Notes under the pieces: model-generated
Database searches by the model: none
What the model was told of the DNA's origin: nothing
Seen by the model: only the letters and a program-made list of their open reading frames with translations
Shown here: positions 20,737 to 29,866 of the stretch, one piece after another
Layout: every line of letters starts with the position of its first letter
Position numbering within the stretch: position 1 is the stretch's first letter
From: Candidatus Latescibacterota bacterium
Lineage (GTDB): Bacteria; Latescibacterota; UBA2968; UBA8231
Assembly (NCBI GenBank): GCA_965197905.1
Contig: CBDAOB010000004.1
Span: 1,728,001-1,792,000, forward strand
Direction: 5' to 3'
DNA length: 64,000 nucleotides
Translations under genes and position numbers: made by a program

Positions 20737-21024
20737 TTACTGTCCTAGGGTTTTCTCAGCTACTTCCTGGCGTATCTCTACTCTGGTTTTCCATTCGATC
20801 TGGTAGCGTGCCCCCTCGGAGTATTTGCTGGTGATGAAGGCGTGGGCAAGCTCAGCCCCGCGCTCGCGGGCTTCGTTCTTCGTGGGAAACTCAGACTCTT
20901 CCTTGATCGGTACGTTAGCCACGTCGACGCGATCTCCGTGATCGTCTCTTACCTTGATCTTTTCCACCTTGTATCTACCACCATGCATACGCACGATTCG
21001 AATACGCGCGGTCAGTCGGGACAT
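20737..21024 (-). CDS. Hypothetical 95-aa protein
   Basis: Clean ORF with AAAGGAG ribosome-binding site and TATATT upstream. Confidence 0.7.
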   Translation of the reverse strand: MSRLTARIRIVRMHGGRYKVEKIKVRDDHGDRVDVANVPIKEESEFPTKNEARERGAELAHAFITSKYSEGARYQIEWKTRVEIRQEVAEKTLGQ

Positions 21025-21104
21025 CGCACTCCTTTCAACTCACTCCGTCATTTCGGGGAAAGAAGGGTAGAATATACAGCTTTCTTTCCTTATTCCAAGT
21101 GGGC

Positions 21105-22661
21105 TTAATCTTTCTCATGCGCCTGCGGCGGCGCAGCGATAAAGTCCTCCCCCGCTTCTCTTTGTAGATAGCGATTGAAATACGCCAGCAATGAATCCCA
21201 CATTGCTCCCAGCGATTGCGCCTCGTCTTTGATCTTGAGGTATTTTTCCTTGTGACTGATCGGACGCAGGCCGATCCGATAGCTTCCCGCCAGACCCAGA
21301 GGAAAATCGTCCAGGGTCCGGTCCTTGGCCGCCACCGTCAGGGAGCCGGCTTCGATCCAAAAATTTCTCGATCGCGGTCCGGAGTCTATCTTCTCCACGC
21401 GCCCGTACACCACGGCATCGAAATCTGCCACCTCCTCGTCCAGCATGAAGTTTACCGGGGAACCGATCTCGACCCCTACCATTTTCGCCCGCGGTAGTTC
21501 GAGACCGATTCGTTTGCGCTGGGCTCCCACCCATATCTCGGCAACGAGCTCCCCGCGTTTGACCTGCGACGTCGAGCGCGAGCCGGCCAGATGGATCAGC
21601 TCACCATGACTCCATCCCGTTTCTTTCGATCCGGCAAGTCCGGGCGGAGCAAGACCCGGTCTCGTGGCCAGCACCTCGCTGGATTGGGCGCGGTCTTTGG
21701 CCTGGCCGGGTGCCGCCACATAGGCCAGGTGGGTAAGCCACTCGCGCTGTGATTCAGTGCGGAATTTGAGAAAGTCCGTTTGCGCCTTCTCATAGCGATA
21801 CTCTTGCTCCAGCACGTTGCTCGTTTTGCCGTCCCCGAGTTCGGCGCTGAGCTGGCGTTCCTTCAGGCCGAGTTGGGCATGGGAGGTTTTCAGGCGCTCG
21901 TACTCCCGTTCGACCTCGCGATACTCACGTTTGGAGATCATGCCTCGATCGAGCAGTTTGCGATATGCCTCCAGAGTTGAAGTTTCTCCGGGCGTTTGGC
22001 CCTCGAACTGCTCCTTCTCGAATCCCACCTGCTTGCGCTCCAGCTCCCGCACCCGCAATTCGGTGCTGGTTTCGCGCCGCTCGCGCAGATGTTGGGAAAG
22101 CAAAAGGTCGACGTAGGCTTCTCGCGGTCGCACCTCCTCCTGCAGCTGGGCCAGCTCCACCACCTCCTTGGCGAAGTCGGCGATGAGCAGGCGCTCTCCG
22201 GGATAAATGGTCTCCCCGACCGACTTGAGCCGCGCCCCGATGAAGAAATCGTCCTGGGCGTAGAGTCGTACCACGTCGCCGGTGTGAGGAATGATCCGGG
22301 CCCCGTCTCCAGAAATGAACTTGAAGGTCGTGCCTTCCAGAAAACGACCGACCTTCGGCACCACCGCCACGATCTGGTAGATCACCAAAGCGACCACCAA
22401 TGCCAACAGCAACAGTCCGTAAACCGATTTCAAGAGGCGGCCCAGAAAGCGGAAACTCAGGGGGATGAGTACCAGCACCAAAGCCACCAGCGGTCGAGCC
22501 GCACCCAGGGCAATGCCGAGGCAAACGAGAACCCAGACGATCCACCAGAAGTTGCGCCGCACCAGCACATAACGACTGCCGCGGTGCGCCAGGAAGGCGC
22601 GGTCGCGAATCTTGCCGATCGCCTCTTCTGCCGACTTGGCCAGCACCCGGATCTCGTTCAT
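21105..22661 (-). CDS. HlyD-like membrane-fusion protein
   Basis: N-terminal TMs, barrel-sandwich half-motifs flanking a long coiled coil (LLDRGMISKREY), GRVEKI beta-barrel; ATGA overlap with the ABC gene. Confidence 0.65.
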   Translation of the reverse strand: MNEIRVLAKSAEEAIGKIRDRAFLAHRGSRYVLVRRNFWWIVWVLVCLGIALGAARPLVALVLVLIPLSFRFLGRLLKSVYGLLLLALVVALVIYQIVAVVPKVGRFLEGTTFKFISGDGARIIPHTGDVVRLYAQDDFFIGARLKSVGETIYPGERLLIADFAKEVVELAQLQEEVRPREAYVDLLLSQHLRERRETSTELRVRELERKQVGFEKEQFEGQTPGETSTLEAYRKLLDRGMISKREYREVEREYERLKTSHAQLGLKERQLSAELGDGKTSNVLEQEYRYEKAQTDFLKFRTESQREWLTHLAYVAAPGQAKDRAQSSEVLATRPGLAPPGLAGSKETGWSHGELIHLAGSRSTSQVKRGELVAEIWVGAQRKRIGLELPRAKMVGVEIGSPVNFMLDEEVADFDAVVYGRVEKIDSGPRSRNFWIEAGSLTVAAKDRTLDDFPLGLAGSYRIGLRPISHKEKYLKIKDEAQSLGAMWDSLLAYFNRYLQREAGEDFIAAPPQAHEKD

Positions 22662-24658
22662 GAGCGATCCTCCGGCAAACTGATAAGCTCCAGGTCGAGA
22701 CTCTGCAAGCCCAGAACGTGGCGCACGTTCTCCCGGGCCAGCGCCCTGAACTCGGGACAGGTTTTTAACAGTTCGCGGCGTTGGCCGGCGCCGATCAGAC
22801 GCCCGTTGTCCAGGAATACGAAAAAGACCTTGTCGTCCGGCAGCGCGAAGTAGGGGGCCAAGGTGTGCGCCACGACCACTACCGTCCGGTCCTGTTGAGC
22901 GAGGCCGGAGATGGTGTCCACCAGTTCGTTCTCGGAGAACTTGTCCAGACCGCTGGTCGGTTCGTCGAATAGCAGGATGGGGCACCGGGTCAAGAGCGAG
23001 AATCCGATGCTAACCCGTTGTTGCTGGCCGCCAGAGAGATTTCCAGAGAGACCGGCCATGCGGTCGAGCCCCTCGCGGCGCTCCATGAGTTCGACCCGCC
23101 GCGGCTCAAAGCCAAACAGCGTACGCCCTATCCGTTGCAGGGGACCGCTGCGGACGTCGTAGGCGGACACTCTGACCTCCTGCTCCATTGCCTCGATCTC
23201 TTCGAGCACCTTGGCCATGCGCAGCGCCTGCTGCAGGTCTTCCTCGTTGGACTTGGGCGAGAGCAGCTCTGCATTCTGCAGGATCGACATCGACAACAAC
23301 GAGATCTTCTGCGACAGGTACGCCATCAGCAGGGAAAGGCTCTTACGGTCGATCTCACGCACGTCGGTGCCTCCTAGCAGCACCGTGCCTTCGCGGGATT
23401 CAAGGTTGCCCCGCAGCAGTTTCAGCACGGTCGATTTGCCGCAACCGCTGGCTCCGCAGAGTACCGTCATCTGTCCCTCTCGAACCCGAAAGGAGATATC
23501 CTCCAGCGCTGGGCGGGCGGATTCCGGGGTGTCGGGATAACGAAAGGTGACCTGCTTGAATTCGATCTCGTGATTGGTGATGGGTAGCTGTTTGGTATGG
23601 GCTCCGTTGTTAGTCCCCTGAGCCTTATCGAAGAATTCTTCGCTCCACTGCACACTAACCATCAAAGGGATGATGTCCTGCCACGATCGAATCACCGCCA
23701 TGATCGGATTGAGAACCCGCTGGGCGTAGGCATTGATCACGATGTAGAAAGTCAACGAGATTGCCCCTTCGATCACTTGCAAACCGGCGATGAGAGCGAT
23801 ACCCACGGTGAATGTTATCGAGACGGAGTTGCTGCACGCGATCCAGGCGTTGCGATAGTTTCTTTGCTGACGTTGCTGGTTGATCATACCCTCGACCGTG
23901 GCCAGGGTTCGCCCACTCATGCGATCGACCGCGTCGAACGACTTTATCAAATCTGCGTTTGCCAGTGACTCGTTGAACATGGACATCGCCTCGTCACGCA
24001 AGCGGCTGTGTTTGCGGCGATTTGTGCGAATGCGGGAGCGAAAGAACGACATGACGAACACCTGCACCGGTAGGACCACTAATAGCAAGGTGAATATCGC
24101 CGGGGACATGAAATAGATAACAGCAAAAGTAGCGACGATGTTGATGAGATTGGTGATGAGTCCAGGGAGAAAATCGCTGTAGAACTGGGTATAAGCCGGA
24201 AGGTCGCTGCTGTAGGTGGTGTAGAGTCGGCCGAGCCCAAGTGATTCCTTCGACTCCTCGTTCATCTCTTCCATGTCGCCGAGAAAACGCCGGCGCAGGT
24301 CGTACATGAGGTTGAAGGAACCCTCGGTGGACAAATACTGATACGCCATTACCACGATCACCCGAATCACTTCCAGTGCCGCCCAAATGAGACATACGGT
24401 GATCAGCGCAAAGCTGCTCTCCTCCAGGTCGACGACCAGGGGCAGAATGCTGCCGATGATGATGGCGCTGGGGATGGGCCGCAAAAACTCGATGCCGACA
24501 TCCACCAAGGCCACGAGAATGGCGGTACAGTACCAGTGCAGACTGACCGCGCCCCGTTTCAACATAAACCAGACTAGCTGATGGCCCTTTAACCGTCGCT
24601 TTTCCTCGGTGGCCAGGCGATATTCCAGCATTCTGTCCGCAGCCGCAATTCCGGTCAT
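22658..24658 (-). CDS. ABC exporter (fused TMD and NBD)
   Basis: GASGCGKS, LSGGQQQR, LLFDEPTSGLD, VVAH. Confidence 0.93.
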   Translation of the reverse strand: MTGIAAADRMLEYRLATEEKRRLKGHQLVWFMLKRGAVSLHWYCTAILVALVDVGIEFLRPIPSAIIIGSILPLVVDLEESSFALITVCLIWAALEVIRVIVVMAYQYLSTEGSFNLMYDLRRRFLGDMEEMNEESKESLGLGRLYTTYSSDLPAYTQFYSDFLPGLITNLINIVATFAVIYFMSPAIFTLLLVVLPVQVFVMSFFRSRIRTNRRKHSRLRDEAMSMFNESLANADLIKSFDAVDRMSGRTLATVEGMINQQRQQRNYRNAWIACSNSVSITFTVGIALIAGLQVIEGAISLTFYIVINAYAQRVLNPIMAVIRSWQDIIPLMVSVQWSEEFFDKAQGTNNGAHTKQLPITNHEIEFKQVTFRYPDTPESARPALEDISFRVREGQMTVLCGASGCGKSTVLKLLRGNLESREGTVLLGGTDVREIDRKSLSLLMAYLSQKISLLSMSILQNAELLSPKSNEEDLQQALRMAKVLEEIEAMEQEVRVSAYDVRSGPLQRIGRTLFGFEPRRVELMERREGLDRMAGLSGNLSGGQQQRVSIGFSLLTRCPILLFDEPTSGLDKFSENELVDTISGLAQQDRTVVVVAHTLAPYFALPDDKVFFVFLDNGRLIGAGQRRELLKTCPEFRALARENVRHVLGLQSLDLELISLPEDRS

Positions 24659-24795
24659 GACGGCTTCCTTTCGCGCCCGAGCAGCGTTGGCCGACCAGGC
24701 GTTGAGTCCGCAGGCATATTAGTAAACTGTTGGAAATAATATATTTGTGTGCAGAAAGGGCGGCGGGCGTTCATAACGATGGTTGATAACTACTT

Positions 24796-24814
24796 GATAA
24801 ATATAGAGATTATC
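24796..24814. promoter_or_regulatory. Fur-box-like site
   Basis: GATAAATATAGAGATTATC, 14/19 match to GATAATGATAATCATTATC, in an AT-rich divergent intergenic region. Confidence 0.4.
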
Positions 24815-25000
24815 GGTCGATAAAGCCACGTTGGCGCCCGGCCAGTTGTCGCCATCTTGAACGTATTATGTGTAAAAACAAATAGTTATGAAATATGTCG
24901 TGCTTTCGGTTGGGTGAAGGCGTGCCCAGTCAGGCCGTGACAGCGTCGACCGGCGCCGAGGCAGGATCTAGGGAAGATCGACAGTTCCTCGGCGGGTTTC

Positions 25001-25861
25001 TTGCCTCCTGAAGCGTTCGCGCTGGCCATGGCCTCCGCCGTGTGCCACGCTCTCTGGAACCTCGCCGCGAGGAGGGTGTCTGGCGATCTGGTGGTTCTGT
25101 GGCTTGGATTCGGCGCCGCCGCGACTCTGATTTTTCCGTTTGCCGCTGGCTTGCTGTTTTTAGGTGCTTCGGGGACCGACCTTTCTTTGGAATCGTTCAC
25201 CTTCATGCTGGTTTCCGGCGTTGTACATACGGTATACACCCTGCTGCTTTCCTTCGCCTATCGCCACGGTGAAATCAGTGTGGTGTACCCCGTCGCCCGC
25301 GGTTCCGGAGTGGCCATGACGGCGGTGCTAGGACTCCTCCTCTTCGGTGAGCAGATGTCGCAGCCCGGTCTCCTGGGCATTCTTCTGGTGTTAGTAGCCA
25401 CGCTCTGCTTCGGAATCCCGGCGCTGCGTGCATCCGGGTCTCGTCACGGCTACCTTTTCGCTCTGGGTGTGGGTTTCACCATCTCTATCTACTCGCTGGT
25501 GGATAAGGCCGGGGTTAGCCGGGTGCATCCGGTGTTATATATCTGGGCAATTTTCACCCTGTCCTTTGTCTTTTTGTGGCCAGTGGTTGCCCGCCTGAAC
25601 GAGGGGGAACCCATCCACCGTCGAGCCCGCAGGCTTTGGCGTTATATAGGTATCGTCGGTCCGGGTTATCTGGTTTCCTATCTGTTGATGCTGTTTGCTT
25701 TATCCCTCGGCCCGGTCAGCTACGTGGTCGCATCGCGAGAGAGCTCAGTAGCCTTGGGAGCGGCGTTGGGCATTATATTTCTAGGGGAACGACTTACACC
25801 GGTCAAAGTGCTGGCCATCATCCTGATGACCGGCGGCCTGGCCTGTCTCAAGTTTGGATGA
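25001..25861 (+). CDS. EamA/DMT-family transporter
   Basis: HALWN, SVVYPVARG, YSLVDK, RE.SV..LGE; about 10 TMs. Confidence 0.88.
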   Translation: MPPEAFALAMASAVCHALWNLAARRVSGDLVVLWLGFGAAATLIFPFAAGLLFLGASGTDLSLESFTFMLVSGVVHTVYTLLLSFAYRHGEISVVYPVARGSGVAMTAVLGLLLFGEQMSQPGLLGILLVLVATLCFGIPALRASGSRHGYLFALGVGFTISIYSLVDKAGVSRVHPVLYIWAIFTLSFVFLWPVVARLNEGEPIHRRARRLWRYIGIVGPGYLVSYLLMLFALSLGPVSYVVASRESSVALGAALGIIFLGERLTPVKVLAIILMTGGLACLKFG

Positions 25862-27924
25862 TGGCGAAACGCTCACCTCGTTTCGAAACCTTGAAAGCCG
25901 CCGCTGCCGCGGTTCTCCTATCGATGACCGCGTTGGCCGCGACGGAAAACCACTCAGCCGATCTAACCCTGCTCAGCCTCGAGCAGCTGATGAATCTGGA
26001 AGTGACCATGGTCTCGAAGCGGGAGCAGACCCTCTTCCGTTCGCCGCCGGCGGTTTTCGTGTTGACCCACAGTGACTTGAAACGGTCGGGAGCCACCAGC
26101 ATCCCGGAAGCCCTGCGCCTGGTCCCGGGAATGGAAGTGGGTCGCATCGATGCCAGCAAGTGGGCGGTGAGCGCGCGCGGCTTCAACGCGCAGTTCGCCA
26201 ACAAGCTTTTGGTGTTGATTGACGGTCGCAGCGTTTATACGCCGCTCTTTTCCGGTGTATTGTGGGACACCCAGGACATTCCGCTGGAGGAGGTGGACCG
26301 CATCGAGGTTGTTCGCGGTCCAGGCGCCGCGCTATGGGGCGCCAACGCCATGAACGGGATCGTGAACATCAAAACCAGACACGCCGCTCAAACGCAGGGC
26401 AATGCGGCCACGATCGGTGGTGGAACGGAGGAGGAGGGGTTTGGATCGGTTCGCCACGGCGGCCGGCTGGGTCGTTCGGTTTCCTACCGCGCTTATGCCG
26501 CATACCACCGCCGTAGTGATTCCTCAAACGCGCTGGGGAGCACCCTCAACGACGGCTGGGATCACTGGCGTGGCGGGTTTCGTGTCGATGGTGACCTCGC
26601 CAGCCGTCGGTCGCAATGGATGTTCAAGGGAGAATATTATGAGGGCGACATCGGTCAAACCATCGTTGAGGCGCCTATCGGGCTCGACCCACCGTACACC
26701 GCCACCTACAACAACCAGATCGGCATCTTCTCCGGTATGTATCTGCAAGGCCGCTGGGTAGGTCGGTCGGAACCCCGAGGCGAGCTGACGGTTGAGACCT
26801 ACTTCGACCGCACGCGCCGGGGCGATCGGTTCAACGGGGCCGAGCACAGGAATACCTGGGACCTGGAGCTGCAGCAACATCGCCTGAGCAGTGGGCGGCA
26901 CAACCTGGTTTGGGGGCTGGGTCACCGGATCACCTGGGATGATTACCACAACACCTTCGCCGTGGCACTCAGGCCCGAGACCCGAACCTTGCATACGACC
27001 AACGCCTTTCTGCACGACGAGGTCGCTATCGCCAACCCCCGCCTCTGGCTGTCACTGGGGACCAAACTGGAGCGCCACACCATCTCCGGATTCGAGCTAC
27101 TGCCGAATCTGCGCCTGTTGTGGGCACTACGGGATACGCAGGTATGGTGGGCGGCGATGAGCCGCGCCGCGCGTACGCCGTCACGGTTTGAAAGCGACGG
27201 CCAATTGGTTTTGGGGGTTCTGCCGCCCGAGACCCTGGGTCCTGGGACAACTGTGGGTATACTCACCGCCGCCGGTGACCCCGACCTCAAAAACGAGACC
27301 ATGTGGGCGCTGGAAACGGGGTACCGGGTTCGCGTAGACCAACAGGTAACGGTGGATGTGGCAGCTTTGTACAATACCTACGACCATCTGCGTTCGACGG
27401 AGCTGGGATTGTTGACCGATGCCCAGGCAGACTCGAGTACGACCTACTTCGAATTGCCGTTGATGATTGGCCATAACCTCAAGGGACACAGTTGGGGCGC
27501 TGAGTTGGCTGTCAACTACCGCATCAGCCGATCAACGCAACTGGGGGCCCGCTATTCCTATCTGCGGGTCGATCTCGACCTGGCAGAGGATAGTATGGAC
27601 CCCGGCGTCTCGGTCGCGACCGAGGGGAACAGTCCCCGTCATCAGCTGGGTCTGGGATCTGCCCATGACCTGCGGTGGAATCTGCGGTTCAACGTCGACC
27701 TGCGGTATGTTGGAAAGCTGACCAGCCTCCCGGTCGACGGATATCTGACGGCCGACGCCAGAGCCGGTTGGCGCCCGTATGCCGAGGTCGAGCTCGCCGT
27801 GGTCGGGCGCAACCTGCTGCGTGATAAGCACCTGGAGTTTCCAGCTGACTTCAGCGGGGGACGCTCGCTCACCGAAGTGGAACGGAGTCTCTACGGGGTC
27901 TTGACGTGGCGCATTGCGCGTTAG
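25858..27924 (+). CDS. TonB-dependent outer-membrane receptor
   Basis: LSLEQLMNLEV, ALRLVPG, LLVLIDGR, RIEVVRGPGAALWGANA, C-terminal aromatic beta strand. Confidence 0.93.
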   Translation: MMAKRSPRFETLKAAAAAVLLSMTALAATENHSADLTLLSLEQLMNLEVTMVSKREQTLFRSPPAVFVLTHSDLKRSGATSIPEALRLVPGMEVGRIDASKWAVSARGFNAQFANKLLVLIDGRSVYTPLFSGVLWDTQDIPLEEVDRIEVVRGPGAALWGANAMNGIVNIKTRHAAQTQGNAATIGGGTEEEGFGSVRHGGRLGRSVSYRAYAAYHRRSDSSNALGSTLNDGWDHWRGGFRVDGDLASRRSQWMFKGEYYEGDIGQTIVEAPIGLDPPYTATYNNQIGIFSGMYLQGRWVGRSEPRGELTVETYFDRTRRGDRFNGAEHRNTWDLELQQHRLSSGRHNLVWGLGHRITWDDYHNTFAVALRPETRTLHTTNAFLHDEVAIANPRLWLSLGTKLERHTISGFELLPNLRLLWALRDTQVWWAAMSRAARTPSRFESDGQLVLGVLPPETLGPGTTVGILTAAGDPDLKNETMWALETGYRVRVDQQVTVDVAALYNTYDHLRSTELGLLTDAQADSSTTYFELPLMIGHNLKGHSWGAELAVNYRISRSTQLGARYSYLRVDLDLAEDSMDPGVSVATEGNSPRHQLGLGSAHDLRWNLRFNVDLRYVGKLTSLPVDGYLTADARAGWRPYAEVELAVVGRNLLRDKHLEFPADFSGGRSLTEVERSLYGVLTWRIAR

Positions 27925-27973
27925 TTTCGGGTATCCGCTCGGGGCTAGCCGGATTGGCACGTGTGTTGTGCTC

Positions 27974-28780
27974 TTACGGCGCCTCCATGAATTTCGTATG
28001 GCTTGTCTCCCACTCGGACGGCGTGATGTAGCCGCCGTCGACCACCAGCGAGGTTCCGGTAACCCCCGCTGAATCTTCGCAGGAAAGATACAACACGGCC
28101 CGGGCGATTTCGTTGGGCGCAATGATGATGCCTGTTGGTACCCGTTTGAGGCGGGCGGCGAGGGTCGCTTCGGGATCGGGGGTGGTGCCGATGTGAAATC
28201 GCAACATCGGGGTATCGGTGATTCCCGGGCAGACACAGTTGCAACGAACCCCGTCGGCGGCGTAGTCCACGGCGATATTGCGGCTCAGCCCGAGCACGGC
28301 ATGTTTGGAGGCGATGTACGCCGGCGTCAAACCCTGACCGATAAAACTCCCCACCGAGCCGATGTTGACAATATGGCTGCGTTGGTTCTCACGCAGGTGG
28401 GAAATCCCATGTTTGACCGCAAAGAAGATGGCCTTCACGTTGACCCCCATCAGCAAATCCCAGTCATCCTCAGAATACTCGTCGAGAGGCGCCACGTGGG
28501 CGATGCCGGCACAGTTGACCAGAATCTGCAGCCCTCCGAAGTCACCGACGGTCTGGTCTAGAGAGTCGCGCACCTGATTCTCTTTGGTAACGTCGCATTC
28601 GTGAAACCGAGCTTCCCCGCCAGCTCTTTCTATGCGCGCGACAACCGCTTCGCCGCGGTCCTTCTGCACATCCACCACCGCAACTCGGGCTCCCTCCGCC
28701 GCGAAAAGCTCTGCCGTCGCTTCCCCCATGCCCGAAGCGGCGCCAGTTATCCAGGCGACCTTGTCCTGTAATCGACTCAC
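27974..28780 (-). CDS. SDR-family oxidoreductase
   Basis: TGAASGMG, NCAG, YIASK, PG.TDT. Confidence 0.93.
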   Translation of the reverse strand: MSRLQDKVAWITGAASGMGEATAELFAAEGARVAVVDVQKDRGEAVVARIERAGGEARFHECDVTKENQVRDSLDQTVGDFGGLQILVNCAGIAHVAPLDEYSEDDWDLLMGVNVKAIFFAVKHGISHLRENQRSHIVNIGSVGSFIGQGLTPAYIASKHAVLGLSRNIAVDYAADGVRCNCVCPGITDTPMLRFHIGTTPDPEATLAARLKRVPTGIIIAPNEIARAVLYLSCEDSAGVTGTSLVVDGGYITPSEWETSHTKFMEAP

Positions 28781-28813
28781 GTTTCTTCTCCCTGTCTAAA
28801 TCACGGCTTTGTG

Positions 28814-29866
28814 TTACACGACCTGCAATCGCTTCCACTTCTCGCGAAACCCCGGTTGATCTAGAACAACGCGGTTTACCACTGCGCGGGGCATGCGGCC
28901 CATGGCCAGTTCCGCGACGCCTCGAATCGCGGCGGCCCCGACGTCACGAAACAGCTCCTCGGTCCAGGCGATGGCATGGGGAGCGAGCAAGATATTCTCG
29001 AATTCCCCGAAACCATGGGGTTCGGCTAAGGGTTCGCCATCGAAACAATCTATCGCCGCTCCGGCAATCCGCTTGGTGGCAAGGACCTCGTAGAGCGCAT
29101 CCTCGTTGATGATGCCGCCGCGGGCGGTGTTGACGAGGTACGCCTCCGGTTTCATCAACTCCAGCTCGCGCCGACCGATCAGGTCGCGGGTCTCCTCGGT
29201 GAGCGGGCAATGTACGGAGATGAAATCAGCGCGGCGCATGAGCGCATCCAGCTCGACCTGTTCGACCCCAGCCTGCGCTGCAGCCGGGGGGGCCAGGTAG
29301 GGATCGAAGGCCAACGGTTGGTTCATGCCGAAGACACTCAGCAGGCGAATCGTCTCCCTGGCGATGCCCCCCAAGCCAACCACCCCGAGGGTGCGGTCGC
29401 GCAACTCAATGCCGTGAAACATGGTGCGATCGTCCCAGGCCCCGGTGCGCACCAATCGGTCTTTCGCTTTGATATGGTGAGTGAGTGCGATCAGCCAGCC
29501 AACCGTCGCCTCGGCTACGGACCGGTCGACGGCGCCCGCGGCGATCAGCAACGCCACGTCATTTTCGGTGCAGGCTTCAACGTCGACCGAATCATAGCCC
29601 ACGCCGATGCGGCTGAGTACAAGGAGGTCGCCCGCGTTGGCCACCGTCTCTCTGGTCACCTTGCCGCCGAATACTACCATGCCGTTCGCTTCGACCAGTT
29701 GATCTGAACCGATCTCTGGTCGCGTTTCCGACAACACGAATGATTCCACCAACGGGTACTCTTCGAATACGCGAAGCCCCATGTCTTTAAACCTGAGGTT
29801 GCCGTCACCGTCGAAGATGTCGGGCGGCATGGCGATGCGGAATTTCCTGGTTCCTATTTGACTCAT
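28814..29866 (-). CDS. D-isomer-specific 2-hydroxyacid dehydrogenase
   Basis: GVGYD, GLGGIA, NTARG, D.F..EP, APH. Confidence 0.9.
   Translation of the reverse strand: MSQIGTRKFRIAMPPDIFDGDGNLRFKDMGLRVFEEYPLVESFVLSETRPEIGSDQLVEANGMVVFGGKVTRETVANAGDLLVLSRIGVGYDSVDVEACTENDVALLIAAGAVDRSVAEATVGWLIALTHHIKAKDRLVRTGAWDDRTMFHGIELRDRTLGVVGLGGIARETIRLLSVFGMNQPLAFDPYLAPPAAAQAGVEQVELDALMRRADFISVHCPLTEETRDLIGRRELELMKPEAYLVNTARGGIINEDALYEVLATKRIAGAAIDCFDGEPLAEPHGFGEFENILLAPHAIAWTEELFRDVGAAAIRGVAELAMGRMPRAVVNRVVLDQPGFREKWKRLQVV

Noticed and set aside
24855..24890. dif (XerCD) site
   Set aside because: A TTATG is present but the XerD arm is imperfect and no XerC arm is recognisable
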